A DNA stretch of 64,000 nt from an uncultured Eubacteriales bacterium (GTDB lineage: Bacteria; Bacillota; Clostridia; Oscillospirales; Acutalibacteraceae): NCBI GenBank assembly GCA_934486615.1, contig CAKSQO010000002.1, forward strand, positions 112,425 to 176,424. Direction: 5' to 3'. Position 1 is the stretch's first letter. Each line of letters opens with the position of its first letter. The translations under genes and the position numbers were made by a program. This document shows, piece by piece, positions 16,995 to 26,727 of the stretch. Below the pieces are notes generated by a model. The model searched no databases, was not told the DNA's origin, and saw only the letters and a program-made list of their open reading frames with translations.

Positions 16995-18407
16995 TTATTT
17001 CCTTCTTTCTATAATTGTCGTAATTTTATCATACAAAATACTATTCCTTAGTTTTTTGTATGCGACAGCAATGACAAGCAGTACAATAACAAATGACAAA
17101 ATCATTCTATACTCAAAAGATGACAATTCAATCACTATTTGAAAAGCAATCAGCGCCATTATTATCAAAGAGTACCTGTCTATAAAGCCTTTTTCCATTT
17201 GCTTTTTTGCAAGCAATGCACGAATAAGCCAAACGCATACATAGCTGACAAGCGTTGCAAATGCAGCTCCATACAAACCATAGCCCGGAATAAGAATAAT
17301 ATTTAGCACTATATTCACACACGCTGCTGCCAAGGTTGAATATAATAAAACGCTCGTCTTTTTTGTTGCAGTATATATCGTACCAATAAGAGATGACAGT
17401 GAATTAAAAACAAATGAAAAAATCAGAATACAGCCAACCATCCAGGCGCTATAAAAATCATTTTTGTATAGAACAACCGCTAAATACTTAGATGCAAAAA
17501 TAAGTAATGAGGCAGCCACAAGCAGTACCATCATAACGCTTGTATATACAGTTTTAAAAAATTTCGACCCATCTTTTTTTTTGAACTCGTCAAATATTGA
17601 TATTTGAAAAGCCGAAACAAACAGAGACATAACCATCGTCAGCAGAGTAGGAATTTTATACGCAATCGAGTATAATCCAACTTCTGCAGATGACAAAAAC
17701 CATAGTATTACATATTTATCCGACGAGTCACTTACCCACCAACTTATGGAGTTCGGGATCATGGGGACGGAAAAACGCAACATATCTTTATATACATTGC
17801 TCGGTATCGAAAGCGGATTGACTAAATATGTCCACAATTTGTTATAAATGATAATTATGAACGATACAAGCAGATGTGACATCGTTGCCGCCAGAAGATA
17901 TCCAATAATTCCGTAATTTCTAATAACCAGAAAATAAATATTCAAACTCAAGGTTGTCACTGTGCTAATAACACCCATTATTGAATATTGTGTCACCTTA
18001 TTAATTCCCTTCAGGAACTGAATTAACACTGTATGCAAATTCATCACAAAGAAGAAAATAACTATCCAGATTCTATACTTCGCTATTGAACTGACAAAGG
18101 AAAATAATGGTGACAGCAGGATAAGAACTCCGCTCCCCAGCACAACTAACGTTATACCGATAGTAAGTACATATCGATTGTCGTAATCATTGTCTATTGC
18201 GAAACGCAGGATAGCTTCAGATATTACAAGCGTAAGAAACGGTGTCAACAGTGTAACGGTTGTCACAATTATATCGTAAATTCCATATTCTTCTGTAGAA
18301 AGAATCGACGTATATAATGGTATAAGAAGGAAGCTGAGTATCTTACTGGAAAACTGGCCGATTGTCATTGCAGCTGTATTGGATAGGAGTCTTTTGTATT
18401 TATTCAA
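16995..18407 (-). CDS. wzx: Wzx-like oligosaccharide flippase (MOP superfamily)
   Basis: It is 470 aa with about 12 predicted TM helices and the polysaccharide-biosynthesis-protein architecture. The gene is AT-rich. Confidence 0.7.
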   Translation of the reverse strand: MNKYKRLLSNTAAMTIGQFSSKILSFLLIPLYTSILSTEEYGIYDIIVTTVTLLTPFLTLVISEAILRFAIDNDYDNRYVLTIGITLVVLGSGVLILLSPLFSFVSSIAKYRIWIVIFFFVMNLHTVLIQFLKGINKVTQYSIMGVISTVTTLSLNIYFLVIRNYGIIGYLLAATMSHLLVSFIIIIYNKLWTYLVNPLSIPSNVYKDMLRFSVPMIPNSISWWVSDSSDKYVILWFLSSAEVGLYSIAYKIPTLLTMVMSLFVSAFQISIFDEFKKKDGSKFFKTVYTSVMMVLLVAASLLIFASKYLAVVLYKNDFYSAWMVGCILIFSFVFNSLSSLIGTIYTATKKTSVLLYSTLAAACVNIVLNIILIPGYGLYGAAFATLVSYVCVWLIRALLAKKQMEKGFIDRYSLIIMALIAFQIVIELSSFEYRMILSFVIVLLVIAVAYKKLRNSILYDKITTIIERRK

Positions 18408-19513
18408 TCAGTATCACCTCCCAGAGCTTCTCTCAAAAAGCTCTTAGAAGAAATCTCAATTTTTCTTAAGCCGTCTTCAATCGCTTCATAATCGATATGT
18501 TCAAAGTTCAATTCGCACTCATTTGCTCCCGCAATGCGGTTCATCAATCCTATTTCGTTTAGTAAGTCAATAACACGGCTTGTTCTTGTCCGAGGTAAAA
18601 CCACGTTGAAATCTTTTTTGTAAATCAGCGAAAACGCTGTACCGTGAAACGAATTTGTGAGAATATAATCAGCATTCTTTATAAGCGATAAAAATTCAGT
18701 CGGTCCTGCATCTCGTATTTCATATGATTTCTTCTTCGAGTAACTTATAAATCCGACAAGCATTCGAACTTTGAGATTTTTTTCTTTCGCAATTCTAAAC
18801 GCAAGCTTTTCCATTTCCTCATCCTTCTGCAATTCATACACGAGAATATACGGATCAGTTTTTTGCGACTTATCTTGCAATAAGGTATTATACTCGTTGG
18901 CAGAAAGCAGGAAAGTTGGATCCAATGTACAGGTGTTTTTAACACCATTTTCTTGAAGAAACACAGAGAGACTTTTTTCTCTTACTCCCACATAATCCAG
19001 TTTACCGGTATATTTAATTAAATCACTAGTCTGGGCTTCGGATAAAGCAGAAACATCCCCACAACTTGCAGCATATGCCACATTAGTTTTCCCTTTAATA
19101 AGTTTTGACTGTCCAAAAAATTCTGCTTGAAAGCCACCTGTAATATCTGGATTCCATATTTGATCGCTGCCAAGTATCACAGCATCATATATGTAGGTCA
19201 TATCGTATGGAATCACCGATAGATTACGCTTTTTAAACTCTTGGAATCGTAGGTACTTTCTTCTATAACCTTTTTCAAAGTACAAAGACATCATCATTTT
19301 CTTGTAAATTGATGCGAGCTTTTTTTTGCTTCTACAAGCAGTTTTTATAAACTCAGCCGGCTCAAACTCAGAGCCATTTCCTTTACATTGAAAGTCCATA
19401 ATATCGACATGGTAGCCAAGGTTTTTTTCAATATAATGAGCCATGGCATATGTTTGAAGAACTGCACCGTAATTAGGAACATTATGGAACGTAAAAATAC
19501 ACGCTTTTTTCAC
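18404..19513 (-). CDS. Polysaccharide pyruvyl transferase family protein (CsaB/WcaK-like)
   Basis: The N-terminus CIFTFHNVPNYGAVLQTYAMAHY is characteristic of PF04230 pyruvyl transferases. Confidence 0.65.
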   Translation of the reverse strand: MKKACIFTFHNVPNYGAVLQTYAMAHYIEKNLGYHVDIMDFQCKGNGSEFEPAEFIKTACRSKKKLASIYKKMMMSLYFEKGYRRKYLRFQEFKKRNLSVIPYDMTYIYDAVILGSDQIWNPDITGGFQAEFFGQSKLIKGKTNVAYAASCGDVSALSEAQTSDLIKYTGKLDYVGVREKSLSVFLQENGVKNTCTLDPTFLLSANEYNTLLQDKSQKTDPYILVYELQKDEEMEKLAFRIAKEKNLKVRMLVGFISYSKKKSYEIRDAGPTEFLSLIKNADYILTNSFHGTAFSLIYKKDFNVVLPRTRTSRVIDLLNEIGLMNRIAGANECELNFEHIDYEAIEDGLRKIEISSKSFLREALGGDTD

Positions 19514-20697
19514 TTAATCTCCTCCAAATACAAGCTTTCATATGCTGTCGCCATCACCTTATCAGAATACGTATATTCTGCCTCAAGTGCTATTTGGTTT
19601 GAATGAATATCCTTATAATTAATCCACTTGTTCCTTATTATGTCTGCCAGTTTCTTAACATCGCCAAATTCAACAAATTGTGTATGATCAGAAAGCGCAA
19701 TGCTCTCGGATCCGCCATTTTTAAACCCCACAACCGGAGTTCCGCAAAGCAACGCCTCTGCAACAGTCATTCCATATGTTTCTCTCCGACTTAGTGTTAA
19801 CACCAAGTCTGCCTTGCGGTAGAAATCAGCTAATTCATTCTTATCATTCACGGATCCAATTATTCGAACATTATCCTCTTCTACCTTTTTGCTTGCTGTT
19901 CTTCCGACAACTTCAAATCGTATTTTTTCATTTTTCAGGAGCCTTGCCAGTTCCAGCAAATAAAATCCACCCTTGCTGTCCTTGTCTGCAGTGTTGAAAT
20001 CAGCTGTAACAAACAAAACTGTACGCCAATCGTCCTCCTTCAAAAATCTCTTTTCAAAGAAGATGCTTGCATCTATTCCATTCATTATGCAGCGTTGCTG
20101 CACTCCCGAAAATATTGGCGATTCCAGCGCTCTCTTATTTTGCCATGGGGAGACAGATACCGCATAACACTGTTTAGCTCCGGCAAACGCCTTTTTCATT
20201 TTCTTCCAAGCGTTTGCCGTTGTGTCTCTCCATGTATTTGCCGCAAACCTTAGCTGAGGACAGTTTCCGCAACCGGATTTCCACTTTTCACAATTGAATG
20301 CATGGCTGCACGATCCGGTATAAAAAAACTCTGCATGATTGGTAACGATAAAAGGAATCTTATTCTGTTTAAGATATCTCAATAAAGAGTATATATTGAC
20401 AACATTGCAATTTGCCGAGTGGATATGAATAACGTTTGGTTTCTCTTTTTCAATAATCCGTTTAATTTTAAGAGTTGAAACAGGAGCAAATCCGTACTGA
20501 TAGCCCAAAACATACGCTACACGTTTGTATACTCCCAGTTCATGCGGTACACACACACCATACGTCTTCAGCTTCTCGTGTTGCTTAGTAATATAAGGGG
20601 CACATAAAATATGCTCGAAATCGCTATATTTTGCAATGCTGTCAATTATTGCACCTGTGCTCCCATAATCGGCACAATTAATATGCAGAACTTTCAT
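19510..20697 (-). CDS. Glycosyltransferase family 4
   Basis: The C-terminal GT4 motifs are present (RRETYGMTVAEALLCGTPVV). Confidence 0.65.
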   Translation of the reverse strand: MKVLHINCADYGSTGAIIDSIAKYSDFEHILCAPYITKQHEKLKTYGVCVPHELGVYKRVAYVLGYQYGFAPVSTLKIKRIIEKEKPNVIHIHSANCNVVNIYSLLRYLKQNKIPFIVTNHAEFFYTGSCSHAFNCEKWKSGCGNCPQLRFAANTWRDTTANAWKKMKKAFAGAKQCYAVSVSPWQNKRALESPIFSGVQQRCIMNGIDASIFFEKRFLKEDDWRTVLFVTADFNTADKDSKGGFYLLELARLLKNEKIRFEVVGRTASKKVEEDNVRIIGSVNDKNELADFYRKADLVLTLSRRETYGMTVAEALLCGTPVVGFKNGGSESIALSDHTQFVEFGDVKKLADIIRNKWINYKDIHSNQIALEAEYTYSDKVMATAYESLYLEEIK

Positions 20698-21880
20698 TTA
20701 GTTGCCTCGCCCCTACTGAATTTCGCTGATTCTTTTCATACTCTGAAAATCCCACGGATATAATAAACAGCAAGAAAACATTATATGTTGGATATATAAT
20801 CAAATGACTAACGCAGGATAGAGTGATATAAATTAGTATCGCAGCAGTAACGGCAGCAAAGGATTCACACTGTGCTTTCCTCAGTTTTACTGCTTTAAAA
20901 ATGAAATTAAATAAAAGTGAGATATAAAAAATCAATCCAATTGCACCATAATCATAAAGCACTTCCAAAAAATCATTGTGAGCAGATGAAATCGATATTT
21001 TATCAAGATAAACAGCATTATATCCATGCCCGATTACCTGCTTAACAATGTTTGAATTCTTAAATGCTTCCCAAACAAGTGCATAGGTAGTTGTACGGCC
21101 TGACCCACCATCCTCCTGCAAACTCTGCATACGTTCGATAATAGTTATATTTATTGATTTAGATAGATACTCCGATACATACACAAGCACTATACACACA
21201 ATCATCAAGAGTACCATTGCCCCGGTCTTTTTTCTTCCTCTTTTATCGTCTTTTTCAAGTAACGGTGGAAGAAACCCACAGAGAATAATGGCAATCAACG
21301 CTGTTCTTTTTCCGGAGATAATTGTCAATAATGCTGCGATGAAAATCATCGAGTATTTGACCGTCTTTTTATCAACCAAATAACATAATGGCAAGAGGAG
21401 AACACAATAATATATTGAGTTTATTCCCCCGGAACTCCAATATCTATTGCCACTCAGAAGCCATATAGCATATCTTAGTGAGAACACATAAAATGCGATT
21501 ACTCCAATGTTAATTATCGTCTTTCTTTCATCGTCCTCGACTTGTATGAGAAGTAGGAACGAAACAATCAAGAAAGATCCCCACCACATCTGGGTCAGAA
21601 AGTTTGTCAGTATATCTATTGCGCCTGAATAGTTTTGTAGCCCTGTTACGAAAAACCAAAAACTGGTTACCACTGTAAGAATGATTATGCTTTTATTCGG
21701 AATGAACCGTACACGAAGAACTATAAAAAACGAAAGTGCAATAATAGCAACCCTTCCGATAAGTAAGAATTGCTCGATAGTCGATCCCATTGTAAAATAG
21801 GAGTTCATTCGAAAAAACAGATACACAAACACTATCAGTATATAGTTCCTGAGTTTTTTACAAGTCAAAGATTGATTCAT
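20678..21880 (-). CDS. wzy: Wzy-like polysaccharide polymerase / O-antigen ligase family membrane protein
   Basis: It is 400 aa, polytopic, with a large loop region, and sits inside the glycan locus. Confidence 0.55.
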   Translation of the reverse strand: MNQSLTCKKLRNYILIVFVYLFFRMNSYFTMGSTIEQFLLIGRVAIIALSFFIVLRVRFIPNKSIIILTVVTSFWFFVTGLQNYSGAIDILTNFLTQMWWGSFLIVSFLLLIQVEDDERKTIINIGVIAFYVFSLRYAIWLLSGNRYWSSGGINSIYYCVLLLPLCYLVDKKTVKYSMIFIAALLTIISGKRTALIAIILCGFLPPLLEKDDKRGRKKTGAMVLLMIVCIVLVYVSEYLSKSINITIIERMQSLQEDGGSGRTTTYALVWEAFKNSNIVKQVIGHGYNAVYLDKISISSAHNDFLEVLYDYGAIGLIFYISLLFNFIFKAVKLRKAQCESFAAVTAAILIYITLSCVSHLIIYPTYNVFLLFIISVGFSEYEKNQRNSVGARQLNESSAY

Positions 21881-21919
21881 ATTTTGAATTACCTCTCTCG
21901 TTACGGCAACATCGCCATC

Positions 21920-23080
21920 TTACTTTGCCTCCAGCATTGAGAGAACACGTTTACTTTGGAATATATTGTTTTTCTCATCTAAAACAAATTTCTGTGCACT
22001 ATGTCCTTTTCTGTTTCTTTCGCTTCGCACAGTATCGAAAGTAGTCTTTATTGCTTTCGCAATCCCCTCTGCGGACTCATCCTCGATCAAGTAGACATAC
22101 TGCTTATATTCCTCCGGCATACCGGGAAGATCCGTCGTAAGAACCGGTGTGCCGGATGCCATATATTCCATATTCTTTGAAGGGAACGAATACTTGGTAA
22201 ACTCTTCATGGGTCGGGCGCGGATTGATAAGCAAGTCCGCCTCTGTTTCTGCCCAAACCACTTCATCATTCATAGCAATTCCGTGGTAAACCACATTCGG
22301 ATGCTCCTGCGTCACCTTCTGCAGTTCATCAACATAAGGTCCATTTCCATAGATATGCAGTTCTGAATCCGGTACATCGGCAAGGACAAATCCGTCCACC
22401 ATAGACTTTACTCCGTATCGAGCATCCAGCAATCCGGCATACATACACTTCTTAGTACAACTCGTTTGCGCTTTTACTTCCGGCTGCGGTTTAATTGTTG
22501 AATCGCACAATGCCTCAACGATCACATAAGGTTTATGCTCGGGGTTTATCGGTTCGTTCATCGCTTCTGTAAGGAGAACATATCCGGTACACTTCTGTAT
22601 AATCTTCCGTACAAGTCTTACATGATTTTGATTAGTCCCAGTCACCATCAGCTCCGGAAGGTCGGTTACGATTCCGATACATGGTTTCTTTCGCAAACGA
22701 GCTGCTGTCACAGCGCCATAGGCCACCGATGCATTCAGTACATCAGTAACGACCGCATCACAGCCGCCAAACATAACTGTTCCAAATGCAGAAATCGTCT
22801 GCCACAAGATCTTGATACCCTTGACATTCAGTACTGAACAATAATGGTACCTTACCTTTCCCCGCTGGACGCTATCGGCCGGGAGAAACTTGTGCGGACA
22901 ATTCGTTCCGGTCACAGGTCGTGCCGTTACAGCCCGTACCACTGCACCGTTTTCTGCCAAACCTTGTATCATCAGACGATTGAATTTCTGTGCCTGCTGC
23001 CCCGGTGCTTTCGGACTATTATCAAATAGGTTTGCGAAGTCTTGCGCATCCATTGCGCTGGACGCATAATCAATTCTCAT
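21920..23080 (-). CDS. Glycosyltransferase family 4
   Basis: The C-terminal EX7E-like GT4 region is present (FPSKNMEYMASGTPVLTTDLPG). Confidence 0.6.
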   Translation of the reverse strand: MRIDYASSAMDAQDFANLFDNSPKAPGQQAQKFNRLMIQGLAENGAVVRAVTARPVTGTNCPHKFLPADSVQRGKVRYHYCSVLNVKGIKILWQTISAFGTVMFGGCDAVVTDVLNASVAYGAVTAARLRKKPCIGIVTDLPELMVTGTNQNHVRLVRKIIQKCTGYVLLTEAMNEPINPEHKPYVIVEALCDSTIKPQPEVKAQTSCTKKCMYAGLLDARYGVKSMVDGFVLADVPDSELHIYGNGPYVDELQKVTQEHPNVVYHGIAMNDEVVWAETEADLLINPRPTHEEFTKYSFPSKNMEYMASGTPVLTTDLPGMPEEYKQYVYLIEDESAEGIAKAIKTTFDTVRSERNRKGHSAQKFVLDEKNNIFQSKRVLSMLEAK

Positions 23081-23094
23081 CTGTGTTCTCCACT

Positions 23095-24189
23095 CTATTT
23101 AGCAATAAAATCCAAGAGCCTTGCCTTCGTCATTTTCTGCTCATTCAGAACGTTTTCTAAGGCATTCGCACATTTTACTTCAAACTTTTCCCAATCGATA
23201 TCGCGGTAATATGCCCAGATTTCATCTGCTATATTACTACCGTCAAGTGACACGGCAATACCAACCTGTCGTTCCGTAACAACATCGCCCATGTGGGAGC
23301 CTGCCGTGCATATCTGGGGGATACCAAAAATAATACCGTCATAGTATTTATTACCCATTGCATTCCCCGTAGTGTGCCCACAGTCATAAACGTTATGGAT
23401 CATATCTGTATTTTCAGCAAACTCATACCGATCGGTTGGCATATAAGCGCCGTGAAAAAAAACATTATTATAATTCTTACTCCGGGCATACTGCTCCATA
23501 TCCCTTCCGTCCTGCTGCATTCTTCCGTAATAATGCAGTTCAAAACGAGAGTCATTTCCCAGAGCATCCATCAGTTTTTTATTCACATCGACCTGTCGGA
23601 CAAGCCCCCAATAGCTAATGCGAATTGTATCGCGTCCCCTTGCATCCTGTTTACGGAGCATTTTATGATTCAGGGAGTCCTCCAGATAGTTGTGAATCGT
23701 CATAACATTTTCTTCAGTGGAGAGAAACTTCCGGAACGCATTAGAGCTGACGAAAGTCACGGCGCTGTTTGTAGAAAGGATACCAACCAGCTTGCGATAT
23801 ACCGGGATATACTCGTAAGATACATCTCGAAAATCCAGAAGATACCGCCCTTTGTACTTTCGCACCAGATAGTCCAGCAAGGTCAATCCCGGTGTCGTAT
23901 GCAGCACAATAATTCTGTCATATGAGTTGTTTTTTAAGACATCCAATGCAAACTTACGATACTTTGCAAAATACTTCAGTTTTTTCTTGAACGGAAGTTG
24001 CTCTTCCAGATGCTCCTCAAACTTATATGCCTTTGAAATTCTCTGCGGCACTTCCGCATCAGGCTTTCCGTCACGATCCCAGTAAATCAGTTCAAACTGA
24101 ATATCCCGTCCCTTGAGCGCATCCAGATAAAAGTTCATATAAGGCATATATGCGATTTTCCCAAAGCCCAATAACAGAACTTTCATCAT
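23095..24189 (-). CDS. Putative glycosyltransferase (family uncertain)
   Basis: It is a 364-aa ORF inside the glycan locus. The MKVLLLGFGK N-terminus resembles GT-B proteins, but no unambiguous motif was seen. Confidence 0.4.
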   Translation of the reverse strand: MMKVLLLGFGKIAYMPYMNFYLDALKGRDIQFELIYWDRDGKPDAEVPQRISKAYKFEEHLEEQLPFKKKLKYFAKYRKFALDVLKNNSYDRIIVLHTTPGLTLLDYLVRKYKGRYLLDFRDVSYEYIPVYRKLVGILSTNSAVTFVSSNAFRKFLSTEENVMTIHNYLEDSLNHKMLRKQDARGRDTIRISYWGLVRQVDVNKKLMDALGNDSRFELHYYGRMQQDGRDMEQYARSKNYNNVFFHGAYMPTDRYEFAENTDMIHNVYDCGHTTGNAMGNKYYDGIIFGIPQICTAGSHMGDVVTERQVGIAVSLDGSNIADEIWAYYRDIDWEKFEVKCANALENVLNEQKMTKARLLDFIAK

Positions 24190-25397
24190 GCTTTTCCTCC
24201 AATTCTGCGATACAAATCCTCATAGAGCTTGGTGTTAACCGATCTGGCGTAGACCGCTTTTCCGTATTTCTGTGCGTTATCTGCCAATCGGCTGCAATAC
24301 TCCGGCTCGTCCTTCAATTTTAAAATACCTTCGGCAACACCATCCGAATCATCGCAATCAAATGCCATACCGATCTGTTCTCTTTTGAACATATCATTGT
24401 AATCCGATCCCTCATCTGCTGATGTTACAATAACTCTGTGACACGCCATTAAAAGTCCGGCTTTGCTCGGAACTGAATTTCCAATAACTCCACGAGGAAG
24501 CGGAATCAAACATGCTGAGCACGCACTGTACACATGCGGAACCATCTCTTGCGGCTCCAGCGGCAGAAACACGATATTATCAAGCTTCTTCTCTTGAGCA
24601 GCATGAATAAATTCATCCTTCTGACTTCCCTGGCCAATCATCTGGAACACTATTTTCTTATCCTGCTTCAATTTTTCGGCAACTCGGAGCACCATCTTAT
24701 AATCAAAGTTCATACCCATAGTTCCTGCAAACTGAACATAAAAGCAGTCTTTTTTTAAGTCGTATTTTTTTACAAACAAATTATCTTCCCACGGAATTTC
24801 ACGAACGCTCTTGTCGTCATACCAGTCCGGGATAACTGTAATTTTGGCAGCCGGAACGCCTTGCTCTATCACTTTTTGCTTCATATCCTCTGAAATCACA
24901 GAGATATGATCTGCTCTTCTATAGGCAACCTTCTGAAACATATAGAAAACTTTCTGCATCCATTTCTGCTTCATAGCACCGTTCGCGATAGAAGCCCCCG
25001 GGAACATATCCTGACTATTATAAATAACCGGAGTCTTCACGCAGCTTTTAGCAAATGCGATTGCAAAAGGAGCCCACGGACACGATTGAACCATCATTAC
25101 ATCAAAATCCTGCTGAGCCTTGAAAACCTTTCGAGCCTTAAAACAATATTTAACACCCACCAAATATCTCTTGGCGAATGCTTTTTTTGCAACAGTTTCT
25201 ATATTAATAGTTTCATAAGAGAAGTTTTCAAGTTCTTTCAATCTCTCGGGACAATCCGGATTAATTCCGGTAGAATGGCTCTCGATCAAATGCACCTTAT
25301 GTCCATAAGAAACAAGATCTTCGATTAGAGCTGTGTATAGATGCCATGAAGGACCCGGTGTATCAAGGCCGCTAGACATGAACAACAAAATATTCAT
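24186..25397 (-). CDS. Glycosyltransferase family 4 (WcaI-like)
   Basis: A GT-B fold N-terminus precedes a C-terminal GT4 region (ACLIPLPRGVIGNSVPSKAG). Confidence 0.6.
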   Translation of the reverse strand: MNILLFMSSGLDTPGPSWHLYTALIEDLVSYGHKVHLIESHSTGINPDCPERLKELENFSYETINIETVAKKAFAKRYLVGVKYCFKARKVFKAQQDFDVMMVQSCPWAPFAIAFAKSCVKTPVIYNSQDMFPGASIANGAMKQKWMQKVFYMFQKVAYRRADHISVISEDMKQKVIEQGVPAAKITVIPDWYDDKSVREIPWEDNLFVKKYDLKKDCFYVQFAGTMGMNFDYKMVLRVAEKLKQDKKIVFQMIGQGSQKDEFIHAAQEKKLDNIVFLPLEPQEMVPHVYSACSACLIPLPRGVIGNSVPSKAGLLMACHRVIVTSADEGSDYNDMFKREQIGMAFDCDDSDGVAEGILKLKDEPEYCSRLADNAQKYGKAVYARSVNTKLYEDLYRRIGGKA

Positions 25398-25421
25398 TAA
25401 CTTCTCCTTTTTGGCAGCACT

Positions 25422-26480
25422 TTATAAAAGCACGGTTTTTAACCACTGAACAAGTTTATTTTTTTCTTCTGAAATAAGCTCCATGTCCAATTTGACAGGT
25501 TTCTTTGTTATTTCACCTGCTCCGACTCTCTCGAGTAGGCCCACCCGATTAGTCTTTACCAAGAGCATTGCAGAATGACCGTATGCAAGTGTCACAGCAC
25601 AGGAATGCACTCTATCGGACAGCGTCAACTGAGAATTTGCATACAGATTAATATACCCGTAAGGGATATCTGCACAGAAGGAGTTTTTATATGCGTAGAT
25701 TTTGCTTCTGAAATGCGGGTGGAATCTCTGATCCGTTCTTACCAACTTATACTGTCCGATTTCGTTTTCACGTTTCGGTGCCGGCAGAAGGCTTCGCACA
25801 TAAATCAATGCATCTGTAAACCGATCTGTTTTTGCTGCAACCGTAGAAGGTGAATTAACGAAAAACCTTTGATTGTCAAATTCAAATTCATGTGTGTGTT
25901 TACGACCGGAATCATCAATCCAGATTTGCGGCTCAACAATTTTATCAAAATTAGAAATCCAGTACGGCTGCCCGAAGTCAATCTTGCAGGGAGCATAGTA
26001 ATCCGGGGTAAAGAAGGAGAAGCAGATTCCATCATACGCATTGGTTGCGTATTTTCCAAATGCCTCATAGGTTTCATGTTCTCTAGACGAAAAAACAAAC
26101 GGAGGGCACTGCTTAAAGAATTCTTCGACCTCACATCTGGCAGCAGTATCAAGCTTCATAGTACCGGCACTCAAAATCATATAACCAACGCCACGTTCTT
26201 TGAGTTCCAGCAGGATATCCTTCCACAGCCGGAGGAAATACTTAGAAATCACAGGGCCGGCAAGCACAATATAATCCACATCGAGCTTTGCGATGTACTC
26301 AAGCTGGTTCTTATGAGGATACAGTCGCTTTCCGTAACTTGTTGTGTAAGTTTGATAATCTGAAACAACTGTCACATTCTCTGCGCCCAGAATTTTCTTA
26401 AGCACATACTCTACACCCAAACTAAAAAAGCCGTTTCCAATGTTCGTGCACCAGAATCCAGTGCAATACGCCACCTTCAT
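25422..26480 (-). CDS. Second polysaccharide pyruvyl transferase family protein
   Basis: MKVAYCTGFWCTNIGNGFFSLGVEY and the overall layout resemble WcaK/CsaB enzymes. Confidence 0.55.
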   Translation of the reverse strand: MKVAYCTGFWCTNIGNGFFSLGVEYVLKKILGAENVTVVSDYQTYTTSYGKRLYPHKNQLEYIAKLDVDYIVLAGPVISKYFLRLWKDILLELKERGVGYMILSAGTMKLDTAARCEVEEFFKQCPPFVFSSREHETYEAFGKYATNAYDGICFSFFTPDYYAPCKIDFGQPYWISNFDKIVEPQIWIDDSGRKHTHEFEFDNQRFFVNSPSTVAAKTDRFTDALIYVRSLLPAPKRENEIGQYKLVRTDQRFHPHFRSKIYAYKNSFCADIPYGYINLYANSQLTLSDRVHSCAVTLAYGHSAMLLVKTNRVGLLERVGAGEITKKPVKLDMELISEEKNKLVQWLKTVLL

Positions 26481-26517
26481 ATCTTTGTACTCCTCATCAA
26501 TGAAATATTATCAACCG

Positions 26518-26565
26518 CAAAAGCGGCTCAGACTCATCTCTAAGAGTCTGAGCCGCGCTTTCTTA
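26518..26565 (-). terminator. Intra-locus rho-independent terminator/attenuator after the priming transferase gene
   Basis: Minus strand: GCGGCTCAGACTC-ttagagatg-GAGTCTGAGCCGC followed by TTTTG. Confidence 0.5.
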
Positions 26566-26727
26566 AATAATTTATCTGCTTAAATCTCAGGTTACAAAAG
26601 CTGAGAGCGCGGCGTTTATATTTTAGTCGCACAGCGCACGGAGTTAAGCTTACGCTTTTGCTTTATCGGCCGCTGCTTTTGCTTCGGCGCTTTTGCTTTG
26701 CGAGGCGCGCTGAGTCTGCATCCCGGG

